64,000 bases of DNA, from positions 11,036,001 to 11,100,000 of the forward strand of contig NW_024704755.1 of the NCBI RefSeq assembly GCF_018977255.1. Direction: 5' to 3'. The notes under the pieces are model-generated. The model saw only the letters and a list, made by a program, of their open reading frames with translations. It did not search any database and had not been told where the DNA came from. Position numbers and translations under genes: made by a program. Shown one piece after another: positions 35,290 through 48,784 of this stretch; positions within the stretch are counted from its first letter, which is position 1; every line of letters starts with the position of its first letter. The DNA comes from Callorhinchus milii (Eukaryota).

Positions 35290-38200
35290 AATATCAAAAA
35301 GGGGAAACTCTAAAGCTGAGATGTTGGAGTCGGATATTGGGGTGTGATGACCAAAATAATCTCAGCAAAAATCACAAAACAAGTTGACCCTTCGACATAA
35401 ATGAAGCACCTGAGTGTCACTTTTGATGGCGAAGGGGGAGCGGAACGTGGTGCAATCAGTTCAATAACACATTAAACCACACCGCACAGAGTCCTCGCTG
35501 ACGTCTGTTGCCACTTGTGCGAAAGATCTATAAATTGCTGTAAAGAGCAGCGTTTTAGTCGCAGGATTGAAACACACGTATTAACCAAAATTAAGTCGGG
35601 GTTTCTAAATCACTGGAGGATGTTCCAAATCAATAATGTAGAGTTTTACTGCATTATAGTACATTGCTTTTAGAGGTTTAGCAACCTTCCCTTTTAATTC
35701 CTATATTTCAATTTGCAGGTTTATACAATTAATTAAATGTAGCAATCTGCTGACCCAGATGGGAATGCTACGTCCACGAAGCGAGCAATAAAGCAATAAA
35801 GATGCTGCGTTTTTGTCTTAGCCTCTTTTTTTTTGCTTATATCCCCTTCTCCAACCTTAACTTGCGCCAATCTGCAAAAAGCAAGTGCATATATTCTAGG
35901 AGCTACAGGGAGCAGGTTTAATCAGATCCCGTTTTTTTGCAGCAAAAGCAAGGATTCCAACTCTGGCGTGTTCGCAATATATATAAAAAAAGGCTTAACT
36001 TGCGGCGAGGAAACTGTCATTACACAAACTGCCTTCCTTCCTTCATTTCCCCCCACAACAACAATGTCATCTTAAACACAGTGCGTGTGTCCACATTGTG
36101 AGCAATTCCAAACTGAACTAAGTTAAAATACTTTACACACTATTTATGTAGGTGATGCTGAAATAGTACTTTTGTAACCGTGTGAGAATGGGAAGAGTTT
36201 TTTTTTTAAAAAATTCCTTCCCCATCACACAGACTATTTTAAAAACTTCCACAACAAAATTGGAATTTGCAGTGTTTTGATGACTTGACGACGGGGCGCA
36301 ACCAGCTATTAATTTGCCAGTTTTGCTTTAAGATCAATGTGAACGCAATATGTAGAGCAAAGAAAAAAAAACCCACCCTAAGTGAAAGAGAGATTTTGTT
36401 AGGAAGATTTGAAAGATTAGGGTAAGCTCCAGAGCCGTGTGGCATCATTACGTTGAATTTTGTTCCCAGCAATAAGACCCACATGGAATCTTCAGAATAA
36501 CTTTTAATTTTTTCAAAACATTTTTCTTCCCAGTGACGAGAAATGCATTTTTTTTCTCTGATGAGGAGAAGTAACCTCAAACCATACCTCGCGAACTGCA
36601 ACCGCGCAGACACGTTTGGTCTGAGGTTTAAAGGAGGGAGAGTATTCGTTTATTGCAGCGTTTGGTAATATTATATAGTAAGGAATGTTGCCATTTGGGC
36701 AAACTTTGCTGCTTTCTGCAGCCTCCTCAAAAAGGGCAAAGCATCATTTATTTACAACAGGCTGCTGAAATAAATGGCACATTATCCACAATGTGACTGA
36801 CCCACAGCTTTCCGGCTGGAAAATTAAGCTGGCAAAAGATAAACATTATTTCAAGTCGGATTTGGGAGGATTAGTGCATGTAATAAAGAGTATTAGTCTG
36901 ATTCACAGGCTTCTTGCAAGTCGACTTGCGCTGCCTTGGCACAGAGGGACGTGTATAGAATAAATACATCAGGGAAGTTCTCCAGCGCTGTTCTCAGTCA
37001 GGTTTAATTGTTTAAAAGTATCTCCAAGCAACTGCAACAAGTCAGGCGATTCCCCCCCCCCCCCCTGTAACTGTTTGCTTTTCTTTCTTTCTTTTTTAGC
37101 GGCAACGTTATAGCGAGATGTGTAATCGTGTGAGAAATTTCCAACACCGTCCAAAAGTCATTCCTGTTGCGGGTTTGAAACGTAAGAAACGGAGAGCAAA
37201 CTCCTGCTAAAAGTTCAGCTGATGGGTGGCTCCACACGCAGACCTTGGGGATGTGCAAAAGGGGCACTGTTTGCCCAACAAACAGCGGGTGCAAAGTTAG
37301 GAGATCAATGCTATCAGGAAAGAGCCATCATTCGCTAAGTCTGTGCCCCCTTCGCAGGGGAGCTGCTAGTTTGCGTTTCGAACGAATTAGCAGTTGCATT
37401 GCTTTAATTGCGACCGAGTATAGACTCGGGAAATTTGCCCACTGTAGGAGCAAAATCTCCCCTCTCCTGAGGACGGGTTGAATGTCAGCGAAATAAATGT
37501 CCCAATGTGGAGCGTCAGGTGAATGCCAAAGTGTTGCAACTTGTACCTCACTCCGCACAGAGCTCCACTCACAGGGGGGGCTCCTGACTGCAGATTCCAC
37601 CCCCAAAAAATATATGTATCTGCAGAATCCCAAGGTGGGATGAACCAGACTGAAAAACATAACTGCAAAATTGGACAAAAAGACATCCCAGGGGGATTAC
37701 AGGGAACTGAACCACTCAAGTACACTGTGATTTCTCCTGAACAATAAGCATCGAATCCAACTGCATGCAGAGGAATTATTGCGAGAGAGCCATTTAATAT
37801 GCTTCCTTGAAAGAGCTCTGATAACTCAAATACCAACCAACTCAAGTACATGTCTTCTCCACACTCCCCCCCCCTCCACCCCACCACTCCAATGCAATCT
37901 CATTCCTTTGATTGGAGGTTTCATATTGCAAAGTCTGTGCACTGTAAACTAGTGTCTGGTCTTGTTTCAGAGGCAGCCTTTGACCTCCTCTCATGTTTCC
38001 AGATAAAAAGGGACACCAGTGTTGTCAACTCTCACCACATGCATAATTAAGTTTAAAAAGGCAGAGGTCTTCTGCAATGTAAACGCCACTGACCCTGGAC
38101 TGGTACCCAGAGGGTTACCAGCGACGTGGCTGTGGATTCCAATACAAATAGCACAGAAGTGTATCCTACATCAGTGATTTTGATCATATTCAATTCACAT

Positions 38201-38730
38201 CTCGATGACCTGAACCCAATGGGAATCTCCCTGTGTTTCAATTTACCTGCAACGTGGTGCCCAGCATTAGTACCTATGCCAAGTAAAATTAAATTACCAG
38301 CTGAAAGGCTGCCCTTCTTTCACCTCGAGGAAAATGGCAGGAGATTTGGATAACACACGAGTCTGACTTTGGATTCCTTACCTCTGAATTGGAGAGTACT
38401 TCAGATGCCAATTGATGGGAGATCTCACTTCAAAGTGCACCCAGAGCATACATCCCTGCATTGTGTTCACTTTGATATTTCCTATGTGTCAGCTTCAAAA
38501 TTCACCTCCAACGTGAATATAAACAGCTGCATTGTAACCAGAACAAATAGCATTTCTGTTTCGACTGCAAGGAAAAGCAATTCGTGGATGCCTGTTTGCT
38601 GCCACTGAATTAAATCTCACCTCAGTATGTGATGGACCACTGTTGTGTGGTAAACTATACAAGAACCCTTTCTGCAGTTATCTTTTTTAATGGCTAGCAG
38701 ATGTTATTTTCAAACAAAGCAATCAAGGAG

Positions 38731-38820
38731 TTTTGCCCACAAAATGTACAGTCTTTATACTTTATATTATATTCTGTGAAGCGCTTTGAGAAGGTGCAAC
38801 ATCAAATAACTATTATCATA
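38731..38820 (+). mobile_element. SINE 3' tail fragment
   Basis: GCCCACAAAATGTACAGTC...TTCTGTGAAGCGCTTTGAGA. Confidence 0.65.
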
Positions 38821-39159
38821 TTAAATAAATTGCTTTCAAGCAAAATTCAGAATTTAATGAAGATTATTGGAAAATCAAAGAATTAAAGGAACAGGGTGAT
38901 TTTTTTTGAAATAATGGAAACAAAGTAAGTTGTTTCAGCTTGCCCCCAGACTACAAAGGCTAGCAGCAAGGTGATATACAACTGTTCACTGCAACAAAAA
39001 TCAAACCTAATACATCACCTTTGACCGCCTTTGTTTTAAATAGTCAATAAATATAATAATAATCTTTTATGGACTACGATAAATTTAGCAGTGTTCAGTG
39101 ACAATGGCAATACATGTATGTTGAATTGGGTTACAGTGCAAGGTTTATACTGAGGCAAT

Positions 39160-39290
39160 TTCCCTAAAATAAAGTGTATGGGGAAAGAGCAGATAATTGG
39201 GATTGGGTTATATAGTCCCGGTGAAGGTGATCATCAAAGACTTGATGGGCTAAATGGTCTCCTCTTGTACTGTAATTTCTATGATTCTAT
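39160..39290 (+). mobile_element. CR1-type 3' tail
   Basis: GATGGGCTAAATGGTCTCCTCTTGTACTGTAATTTCTATGATTCTAT, with the CR1 ATTCTRTG terminal repeat. Confidence 0.65.
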
Positions 39291-42200
39291 TTAGTAGATA
39301 GACTGCTTGTGCAATTACCACAATTAGATTTCCTTGGTAATTTTCAGTGCTAGATGTTTGAGGTAGAATTTATAAATATAGCCTGAGATACTCAGGAGGT
39401 AGCATGATTGTGTTATGAGGTAAACTCTATGTAACAGGAAGGATATCATGGACTCCGACCATCTGTGAAGCCCTTCAAATTCACCGAAATTGTTCTGGCT
39501 TTCTTTTGGGATCACATACATAGATTTTCCCATTAAAGTCATCTGTAGTGAATTATAGTTGCTGAGTAGCTACGTGTAAACATACTATAATTAGCAGCAG
39601 AAGGATTCAATCCATATCAGCAGGATGCAAAATGAATCCTAACCAGCCATGTAAATGGGGTGTTTTACTACCACATTATAGAACAGGTGGAAAACTAACA
39701 GTTTATAAGTCATTCCCAGCTCTGATGATAAACTCAGAACATTTCAGTGAGCACAAATTAGTTCCAAACACAGCTGGATGTTTGAAACATGGGCCCGGAT
39801 TCACTAAATCCAAACATAACTTGTTTATAGATTTAATGCAGAGAATATGAGGGCAATATTCACAGTTGCTGGGTTTCATAAAATCTTCTTAAGATATTCA
39901 GGTATATGACAACATTTTAAATGAATAATCTGAGAACTGTGTAAATTGTGTGAATGTGTAAATCTTGATCACTCTCAAATTTTCCTTTTCAATGTCTTAA
40001 ACAAAGATTTCAAGTCACTTCAGGTAATTTTAGATCAATCGTCTACAGAAACAGCCAGCCCAAATATCTTCACTTCAGAAGATACATATGAGAACTTTTA
40101 CATTCTAGGAACATTTTGTGAAAATGTCCTGAATAAAACCATAGTTTTAACGTGCAGGTAATCTTTGAAGTACAGAAGCGTGTTCAAAATGTCCACTTTT
40201 GAAAAACAAGTTAATGCACTATACAAATGTAATTTGTTGTTGTCTATGACCTGGGAGTGCCTGATTGAATGAAGACACTGGATGAAAAAAAGAGAAAAAA
40301 GTTCAATTCCTAGCTTTAAAATCCTTCTTAATAGACATAACATTCATCTTTTCTTTCCAAAAGAAATATCCACAAAAAAGTAACTGCAAGTCCACTTGCA
40401 TGATGAGCAACATGTTGGTCATAGGCCAGAGTTCTTCCTCTCTGTTGTTGTTTTCCTTTCAAACCACAACATTTACTTCACTGTTTGGTCCTGAATTTCA
40501 CAAAGGAGCTAGCTCATCCTCCGCTGCTTATCCAGGAGCTTAGAACCACGAAAAACTGTTTAAATACACGTCTACTACATTGCAAGGTTAACCTATATTA
40601 GGACTTTGGTACCATTGAAGAGACTGGAGTGTCCTTTGCCTCTTCTCAACGTGATCCCAAAGAACAGTGTCCAAGCAAGCCATATACTGTTATAAATGGA
40701 AGTACAGTATTCACATACTTTAAAAAAAATTACTTTGAAGATTGAAATTAGGGTTCTCTTTGGTTCAATACATGGGACTTTTCCCTTCAAACAATAGTGG
40801 AAAACAATTATTCTGCGATATTTGTAACTTTATGGAGTCACTTTGGCAGCCAAACACCTTGACGATCACGTGCTGACTGGAATATGAAACATTTGCAACA
40901 AGCATTAAAATGGTTAATACCACAATAAGTATTTTGTTTAGAAACAGAGATGATGCTTCAGTAAGGATTGTAGCAAACAGTTAGGTAAATATGTCAGTTC
41001 TAAAAAGGATGCTTTCATTCAACAAAACTATTCCCAATCTAATGTATCCAACAGGTTTCACATTCAACCAAGACATTCATGTTACACGGAAGAATGCATG
41101 TTTTCCTGTTTTCATTCATATTTGAGCACTTCTAGGAGTATCTTTGGAAAAGTCTATACTTAATTTAAATTTCTGCAGAATGGATATAGATGCAGATTTA
41201 TTTTGTGAGAAAGAATAATTAAAGGTCAACTGACAGTCATTCAGATTATCCGGACCGATCAGAAGTCCATGCAATCTGTCTTGCAGTGAAGATATGTATC
41301 GCAAATCTCCCAAGATATAATCTTTTGAAATCATATTCTGAATACTGTTTTTGATTAAAATCGTGGCTGGGCTAGAAGTTAAACTCATATGAAACATGGA
41401 AAAAGGTAGAATTAATACTTAATAAAAAAATGGTACATCCTGATCTAAAGTACTGGGCCAAATCTTAGCATCAGGAAATTAAAGTTGAGCATTTCTACAA
41501 TACTGAGCATTTCAAATGCTTTATTTTGTTTTTTGCTTCAGAATTATGAACTTTTCATATTTGGAGCATTCGATAGATAGCACCTTGCTATAGTGCTGTA
41601 AGGAATGTGGATGATTATTTTATTTGACTGAGTAAAGTGTTTAGGGAGAGGTATTTGGTCAGGCTCCATATGCACAGCGGCATCAATATTTTATTAAGGC
41701 ATTTAGATTCTCTACTTGAGACGTGAGAGATTGCTGGGACTGGTCTGAGTTGCATACCTTTAATTAAAAGACAAAAGCAAAGTAGACAAGATATACTATT
41801 TCAGAACTCAGAAATATCCAACATATCAATAAAAGGCACTAATGACAGTGTTTGTTACAGGGTGTATTTCAATTGAACGTTATCAGTGATTTAAACAAGA
41901 CTCAGACACCAAATATATTCCTTATTTGTACATCAACAACTTACTGTAGTCCTTTAACCTAAAGTGGATTTTATAGATACATAGTAGTTTTGATTCGTTA
42001 GTTGGAAAAAATATTCAGTATTTTGGGCTTTGGAGTCCAGCTACTGTAACTGACATTGCACACGATATACCAACTATCTGCTCAACGTTTAACCTTAAAC
42101 TGCTAAAGGTTAATGAATAGTCTTTGTCTGTCAGATCATTCTGGGTCACACACGTACATACACGCAGTCTCACACACAAGCGAAATGAACAAATGGCAGA

Positions 42201-43203
42201 CATATGCCTTGATTGGGACTTTGGAGGTAAGTAGCACATGCTGTGGGATGCTTTGATAACACGAACGAGTAATGGCAAAATATCGATCCCAAACAATCGT
42301 GAAGTAACACACAAATGTAAAGTTGTAAAAGTAGATTCGAAATAGATTTCAGGAAAGCAGACAGATGCACAATAAAACCAACCAAAATAATTGCAAACAT
42401 TTAAATACATTTTGTTGAAAGCTCAGCTACAAAAACGATCCACTGGACAGGTTGCCACGAGTTTTATTGAACTATTATAGACACTAATTGACTAAAATAC
42501 AATGGTTACGGTTTAATTATTTTCCTTTCTGTTTGTATGTGCAATGTTCTTATGTGTAATATATTTCAGATGATTTCGCCATTCAGATTGTACAAGGATA
42601 GGATGAACTATAAATTGCACTTCCCCCGGCTAATTTTCAAGTTGGTTAAATTATCTTTGCAGATGGTCAAACAAGTGACTGAGAAAAAGGTTAGGTTCGG
42701 TTAACGTTATCCCTCGAAAAGATTTGGAATCAACAAACATGATCAATTGTTGTTTAAAAATACATAGCATTTCTCTCAAATTCACAAATTTTGAATCTAT
42801 TGCACAACGGTATTCTTTCATGAGAGTCGTATGGTCTCCAAAAGTATATTGATACAATTAGTAGGATAAGTTCAGCAATAATGCACTGTTTATATTATAA
42901 TAGGTGGCAACAAAGTCATTAGGCCACTTAATGCATTCAAAAAGCTTCCAGAAAACTACTCTTAGGGTGGAGGGTGACGTGTGTATTATTCCTGTCAAAA
43001 CATGAAACTTGACTCGAGTGGGCATTAAACATTTTCATTGAGGAATCCTTATCTTATCTCCCAACGTCAAGCAGAGGGAAAGACTCCAGATGTAACACTG
43101 TTTCGTATAACTTCCAGATGAGACAGAATAGATCAGATGTTTGTTAGCTGTCCACAACTTCTAGAAAACAGGGGCTGCTTAGCACTTTTTCTTTTCTAAT
43201 TTT

Positions 43204-43314
43204 ATAATAAAAACCCTTCATTTGAGATAGCGCCTTATCACATCGTTGAGACATCTCAAGCGCTTCACAGAACATACTGTAAAGTAGATTGACTGTATAT
43301 TTTGAGGACGAAAC
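43204..43314 (-). mobile_element. SINE 3' tail fragment
   Basis: ATAGCGCCTTATCACATCGTTGAGACATCTCAAGCGCTTCACAGAACATACTGTAAAGT. Confidence 0.8.
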
Positions 43315-45124
43315 GTCTAAGAAACCTCCCCACTAAATCCACAATCTGGTTTGATTTTTTGCCTCTCTACCCACTCCCCGCCACCTCATCCCTCCTTTTC
43401 ACTCTTCTTGATAAGCATGGGCTGCGTTAGCGTGGAATAATGCGTCCCACGCCGGTTCGGAAGTATTTGAAGCAAGATTCCCCTGCAATGGGACCAGGTT
43501 CAAATGTTTATGAGGGGACAAATGTATCCACTTCATTACATTTTGTCAAAGAGGGCGCTGAAATGTGTGTAAAGCATTGTTCGAGGTCGTGTATTTTGCT
43601 CCTGGAATGCCTGGTACGTTGATGTCTGTACAAGTTCTGCTAATGAATATTGTCAAAGATAATTATCAGCCTGTATAGAGAGCCTGACTGCTGATGAAAA
43701 GGTGGCTTTGTGTTGAAGAAGCGATGCTCATGCGACCCTGAATACTTCCTTTGCCCTTGCTCTGACCCTCCTTGCTTCTCCTCTGATACTAAAGCCTTAG
43801 TTATCACTCCGTGGGTCCAACTAGCTGGGATTGCCTGGTATTTTGTTTCTTAAAAAAAAGTTAAAATGTATGAAAGTTGCATTCGGGGCACAGAAAGCAA
43901 GATAGGTGTAATTATAAGTTTTTTACTGGAAGAGTTGAGAGCTAAAATAAAAATAAACTCTGGAATCATCCAAATTCTTTTCTTTGGGCTTTAAGTATTT
44001 GTTTGCTCCATTTTATTAATCTAAACGTAATATATATTAGGGGATGGAATATAAAAGGTTAGTTCCTCCTATGGACATTCAACAAATGGCAAATTGTGTC
44101 AACTCCCATCTACCAAACAGTTTTCAAGAGATTGTTTTTACAGTGAGTCATATCAAATCACTGTAAAAATGTCCCCCAACTAACCAGTCTTTTGTGAAAG
44201 CACGCTATTTTAGAGACATTCCCAATGTATTTATATGTACATCTGTTATGTAGAAAATGTGTTAAATTTCTGCCTATGGGAAGTCTTCATAGTCTTGTAA
44301 AATACTCCTACTGAATGACATGCAGAAATTCTGTAAGTGCTTGTATATAACGTGTATTGAGGACTACTTCAATGAAATATTGAGAATTGTGAAAATATTA
44401 CTCAGATTTTGAAGTTTTTTCCAACATAAACATGTTGCAAAGTACAGTGTTTGTCACGTGTCATATAATTGCTATAATAACTGTGTTACTTTCTAAGTAA
44501 GACTATTGTAGAGCATAATATCACAAATCGTATTTTTTTAAAAAAATACACAAGATAGTTCAGCCAAATGGCACCACAGGAGCTAACTGGGTTCTGCCTG
44601 CATGTGAGCATTATTTTGTAATGGGCACTGTGCAACGATGCAGTGAAAGCTTTAATGAACTCATCATTGAGGCAGGGGGCAGGTTATGTGAAAGAGGGAA
44701 TTATGTGGAAAAGCCAGACCTTTGTATCATGGACAATTTACTCATCACAGCAAAAGTAGCACAAGCTTAACTTTACTTTTACAAATCAACTTTCTCCAAT
44801 AAATTAAGATAGTTGGCGGATTTGAAGCAGCATCAAAAAACACTTTAGACTTCAACTATAGCCTATTATTACAACTCATCAATAAATCATAGTTGCATAC
44901 TTTTAGAAAGCATTTATTTCTTTTGAAATTCTTTTATTTGAACTCCGCGATAAGTTGCAGGCTCCAAAGTACCTTAACACAACAACTGTGATGTGCACTG
45001 GAGAAACAGATTTTAAAATGCTCAAATTCAATAATTTGTTTGGCCTCAATGTTTCTCCAACTATTGAACATGTAAACAATAATTGACACAGGCAGTTTGT
45101 GGCAAAGATGTTCATATCATTTGG

Positions 45125-45732
45125 ATGAGGCTTTGAACCAAGATTCTGTCTGCCTGTTCAAGTGAATGTTAAAGATCCCAGGGCACTATTCAATAAAAGG
45201 GAGTTTCGCTCTCCAGGTGTCCTGGCCAACATCCCCCACTTCCCCACACACAAAAAAAATTGGTCATTCACTTCAAGGCTATTTGTGGGACATTGTTGTG
45301 TACAAAATTGACTGTCATGTTCACCCACAAATGCACAATCGCTCCACTTTACAACATATGGTGTGGAAGCCCTGTTGCTCAGTGGTTAGTGCACTCACCA
45401 CGCAAGCGAGAGACCTGTGTTCGATTTCCCGCAGGGCGAAACCTTGGGTAAGTTTCCGTACTCCACACGGCTGATAATAACCCCTCAAGAAAAAACACAA
45501 TAATAATTTGGTCACTCAATCCAAGACTGCTTGTGGGACGCTGCTGTGCTGCTGCGTTTCACCCACATATATACAGTCAATTCACTTTCCAGTATATTGG
45601 GTGAAGCGCTTTGAGACGTCTCAAAGACGTGACAAGCGCTATATCAAATGCAATGATTATTATTCATTATTAAGCAGTTTGAGATTTTCCCAATGTGAAC
45701 GTCCTCCTAAATTTAAATACTATTATTATTAT
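45125..45732 (+). mobile_element. Deu-domain SINE (host; 45125-45364 plus 45672-45732)
   Basis: GTCTGCCTGTTCAAGTGAATGTTAAAGATCCCAGGGCACTATT...GGTGTCCTGGCCAACAT Deu-type core; the tail resumes after the inserted SINE. Confidence 0.75.
45365..45671 (+). mobile_element. Same tRNA SINE family, short form, nested in an older Deu-type SINE
   Basis: Colinear with 17534-17859 from head to (ATT)n tail. Confidence 0.88.
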
Positions 45733-46767
45733 CTCATCCTATTTAATTATTAAAAGTATATTAAGAAAAGATTCCAAAACGTATTCAAATGCTTGTTGCC
45801 CTCACCATGATAATTCAAAGGGCCTTTTCTGACCTGGAACCACATTAGGGTAAACAATGGTAAACAAATGTTTTTGGTCAACTTCACTATTAAATTCCTT
45901 CTCTTCGCCCAGGAAAGCATAACCATTTGCAATCACCTGTTGATGCACTTTATACATCTGATATTAATGGTAAATGCTTACTTTTAACCAAAACTAGTGC
46001 CAATGTCAACGGTTTTAATTTCAAATTACATTTTGGGAAAATCACATTTCACATCATGCAAACCCAAAGTCTGATTCCACCTTCTCTTCTCCCTAATGTC
46101 TGGCATTCAAAGTAGCGTATCAAGTCTGAAGTTACGTTTTGATAATTGAAAAATATTCTTGGATCCAAGTAGCTTTCTCATTGCATTGGTTTAGAATAAG
46201 ATTCCATTAGCTTGGGTTTCTCATTCCTTCCAATCTGTACAGTTTATGAAAACATAACTTTTGTGGGGTTCGGAAACAGAATCCCTTTAATCTCACTTTG
46301 TAAATGAACGTACCTTTGGCCCCAGTTGGATAGGAACAAGGCATCAAAATGAAACATTCTCCATAGTCTTTGTTACCCACTCCAAATGACCGTTCAATGA
46401 AATACAAAAACATCTTCTGCAGTTTGGGGTATTGCGATAGGGATTTTCTTTGACTTGTTCCATGTCTGTTTGAATTTATGCCATCTGTTATATTTATGTT
46501 GTCTGATATTTGGTACGTGGGATGACTTGGGCACATCTACAGTGATAAGAAATGCATCCAGTCAGATGGGTTTTGGTTTTATTCCTGTGCTGATTCTTTC
46601 ACTTCTCTGATCATTTTCTTCTGTGACTAACCATTTCTCCATCTTCATTTTGATTCTTCTTTACCCTGGTTTTCCGATTCTAATTTGTTCTTCTAGTTCT
46701 TGCCTCTTTTCATAACGTTCAATCATTGCTTTTTTTTTAAGCTTTCTCTGCTTTGAGGCCAAAATGC

Positions 46768-47330
46768 ACACTGAGGACCCCAAGCCTTGGCTCACACAAC
46801 CTGCATAAAACACTGTGAAACAGTGCATTCACCGAAATTAGGTAAGCAGCGTGCGCACTTCCATTCCAAGGTGACATACATATATGGAAATCGGATTGAA
46901 TCGGCCTCAACCCACCCCACTCTACCTCTATGACCTCCTAACCCCCTACCAACCCGTCCACTCCTTCCGCTCAGCCGGCTCCGGCCTGCTCCACGTCCCC
47001 CGACCCACCATTGGCGGGAGAGCCTTCAGCCACTCTGCCCCCAACTTCTGGAATTCCATCCCCCAATCACTCCATCTCGTCCCCTCCTTAGCCTCCTTCA
47101 AGTCCCGCCTCTTCGATCATACCATCGGCCACCCCCCTTTCCCTCCCCTCCCTTCTTCCCCCCTGACCCCAGTTCGGGTCTGAAATGCTGTTCACTGTCC
47201 AGCACCTTGGGATGTCCTCCTGATGTGAAAGGCGCTATATGAATGTAATCTTGTTGTTGTTGTTGTTGGATTGATAGACTCAAGCATGATGGCAGGTTTT
47301 CTCATGTGTCACACATCCAGCCGACCAAAA
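46768..47330 (-). repeat. Unclassified dispersed repeat, copy 3, split by L2 (46768-46899 plus 47275-47330)
   Basis: The reverse complement gives TCACCTTGGAATGGAA..GCTTACCTAATT..TGCAGGTTG..AGCCAAGGCTTGGGG and GGTCGGCTGGATGTGTGACACATGAGAAAACC..CATGCTTGAG. Confidence 0.65.
46900..47267 (+). mobile_element. 5'-truncated L2 LINE (ORF2 C-terminus plus 3' UTR) with apparent target-site duplication
   Basis: Translation LYDLLTPYQPVHSFRSAGSGLLHVPRPTIGGRAFSHSAPNFWNSIP..SLASFKSRL is the L2 ORF2 end; (TTG)n tail; GGATTGA at 46893-46899 and 47268-47274. Confidence 0.88.
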
Positions 47331-47754
47331 ACAAGGCACCAATTTTCTACTTCATCAGTTTGTGGGACAATCTCGTCTAAAAATGCAAATGCAAAAATCC
47401 AATGAATTGTGTCAAACTCTTAAAGTCAGTTTTAATTTGGAAGCCACTTTTCCACAGCTCTTAGAAAGAACCAGCTTTCAAATTGTGATTGAATTTAGGA
47501 TGAAATAGTCCTACTCGCTAAGATCTGGCGGCATTTCAGGCTCCTGGAGGTTTTTCGTGTTGGCAATGCTTTTATTAAATGGATCAGGAAATCACAGACT
47601 TGGTCAAATAATTAAAGCTGCCTGATTCAAGACTGGGTAGGAGTCACTGTAGACTCCAGCTCATTCGGTAGTTAACTATAACAGGTTGAAAAAGTAACCA
47701 CTGAAAACATTATCCTCTGCACAGACCAAAAGAGATCAGCCACTCCAACCATAT

Positions 47755-48060
47755 CGGAGGAACACTACAATCCGTGTTCTGGCAATGTGCTTGCACTCCG
47801 TCCTCTGGGATAACATTCGAACCAAGGTGAGTGACATATTTGGCACCGTCATTCCCACAAGCTCAGCCACATATATGCCCGACCTTTCTCTTGGGATACC
47901 ACTTAATCGTACAAAGTTGAACCTATTGAATTTTATGTTGTATGTGGTTCGACCCTATATTCCTTTATTTTGGAAGGAGGCCCAGATCCCTACAAAAAAC
48001 ATGTGGTTTGAAAGTACGAAAACTATAACAGTCTCGGAAGAAAATATATAAGGAGTGAAG
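47755..48060 (+). mobile_element. Degenerate L1/Tx1-clade ORF2 C-terminal fragment
   Basis: GTLQSVFWQC (from 47759), a frameshift, then LWDNIRTKVSDIFGTVIP...LLNFML..RPYIPLFWKEAQIPTKNMW, resembling the region after the L1 zinc knuckle. Confidence 0.6.
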
Positions 48061-48582
48061 TTGAGGGCGACTGATTATTTTGAAATTTGGCCACTTCCCT
48101 GAAACTGATGCCTAATGTGGAATGACACTGATATCACAGTTGTCACCAATTAGTATTTGATGATTTGCAAGCTGTTTTACCTATGTGAGTATCTATTGGC
48201 TCTATACTTCCACGAGACAGTCTTTTTGACATAGTGTAAAGTTTGCTCTTAAAGAACGTTTGTGCTTGAAAAAGTTACTACATAAGTACAAGCTGCTGTA
48301 TATTCACTCATCTATATGATAAATGGATGTTTTGCAGTTTCAGACAAAAAGGATTCAAGCAGTACAATTTTACCAGCAATAACAACAGCAGCAATAGTGC
48401 AATAACAAGGTTGGTTTAATATTGATGTCCAATACTTTAATGTACTAACTTTTATCCACTTTGCTTTCTCTCCTCAAATAGCAAACTGCTGAAGGATTTT
48501 CAGTATATTTGATTCAACAGCGCATTTGGCAAGTACAGTAAAAAAGCTAAGAATTGGGTGCGAGGTTTCTTCATTATTAGTA

Positions 48583-48784
48583 CCTTCAGCCACTACAGCC
48601 CTATCTTCCGGAACCTACTGCCTCAATCTGCCCACCTCACTCTCCCTCCCTTTATCCATATTTAAATCCTACCTGAAGACCTACCTGTCACACACACCCC
48701 TCTTACTCTTGCTTGGTATCTAACCCCATCTCTGTGCAGCATATCCTGTGTGAAAGATACTCTATAAATGCAAGTTGTTTTTGT
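48583..48784 (+). mobile_element. Diverged L2 3' fragment
   Basis: SLPLSIFKSYLKTYL translation and TATAAATGCAAGTTGTT tail. Confidence 0.65.

Noticed and set aside
37004-37887. Cluster of 74-166 aa ORFs on both strands
   Set aside because: There is no recognisable domain or consistent splice structure; higher GC explains the ORF lengths.
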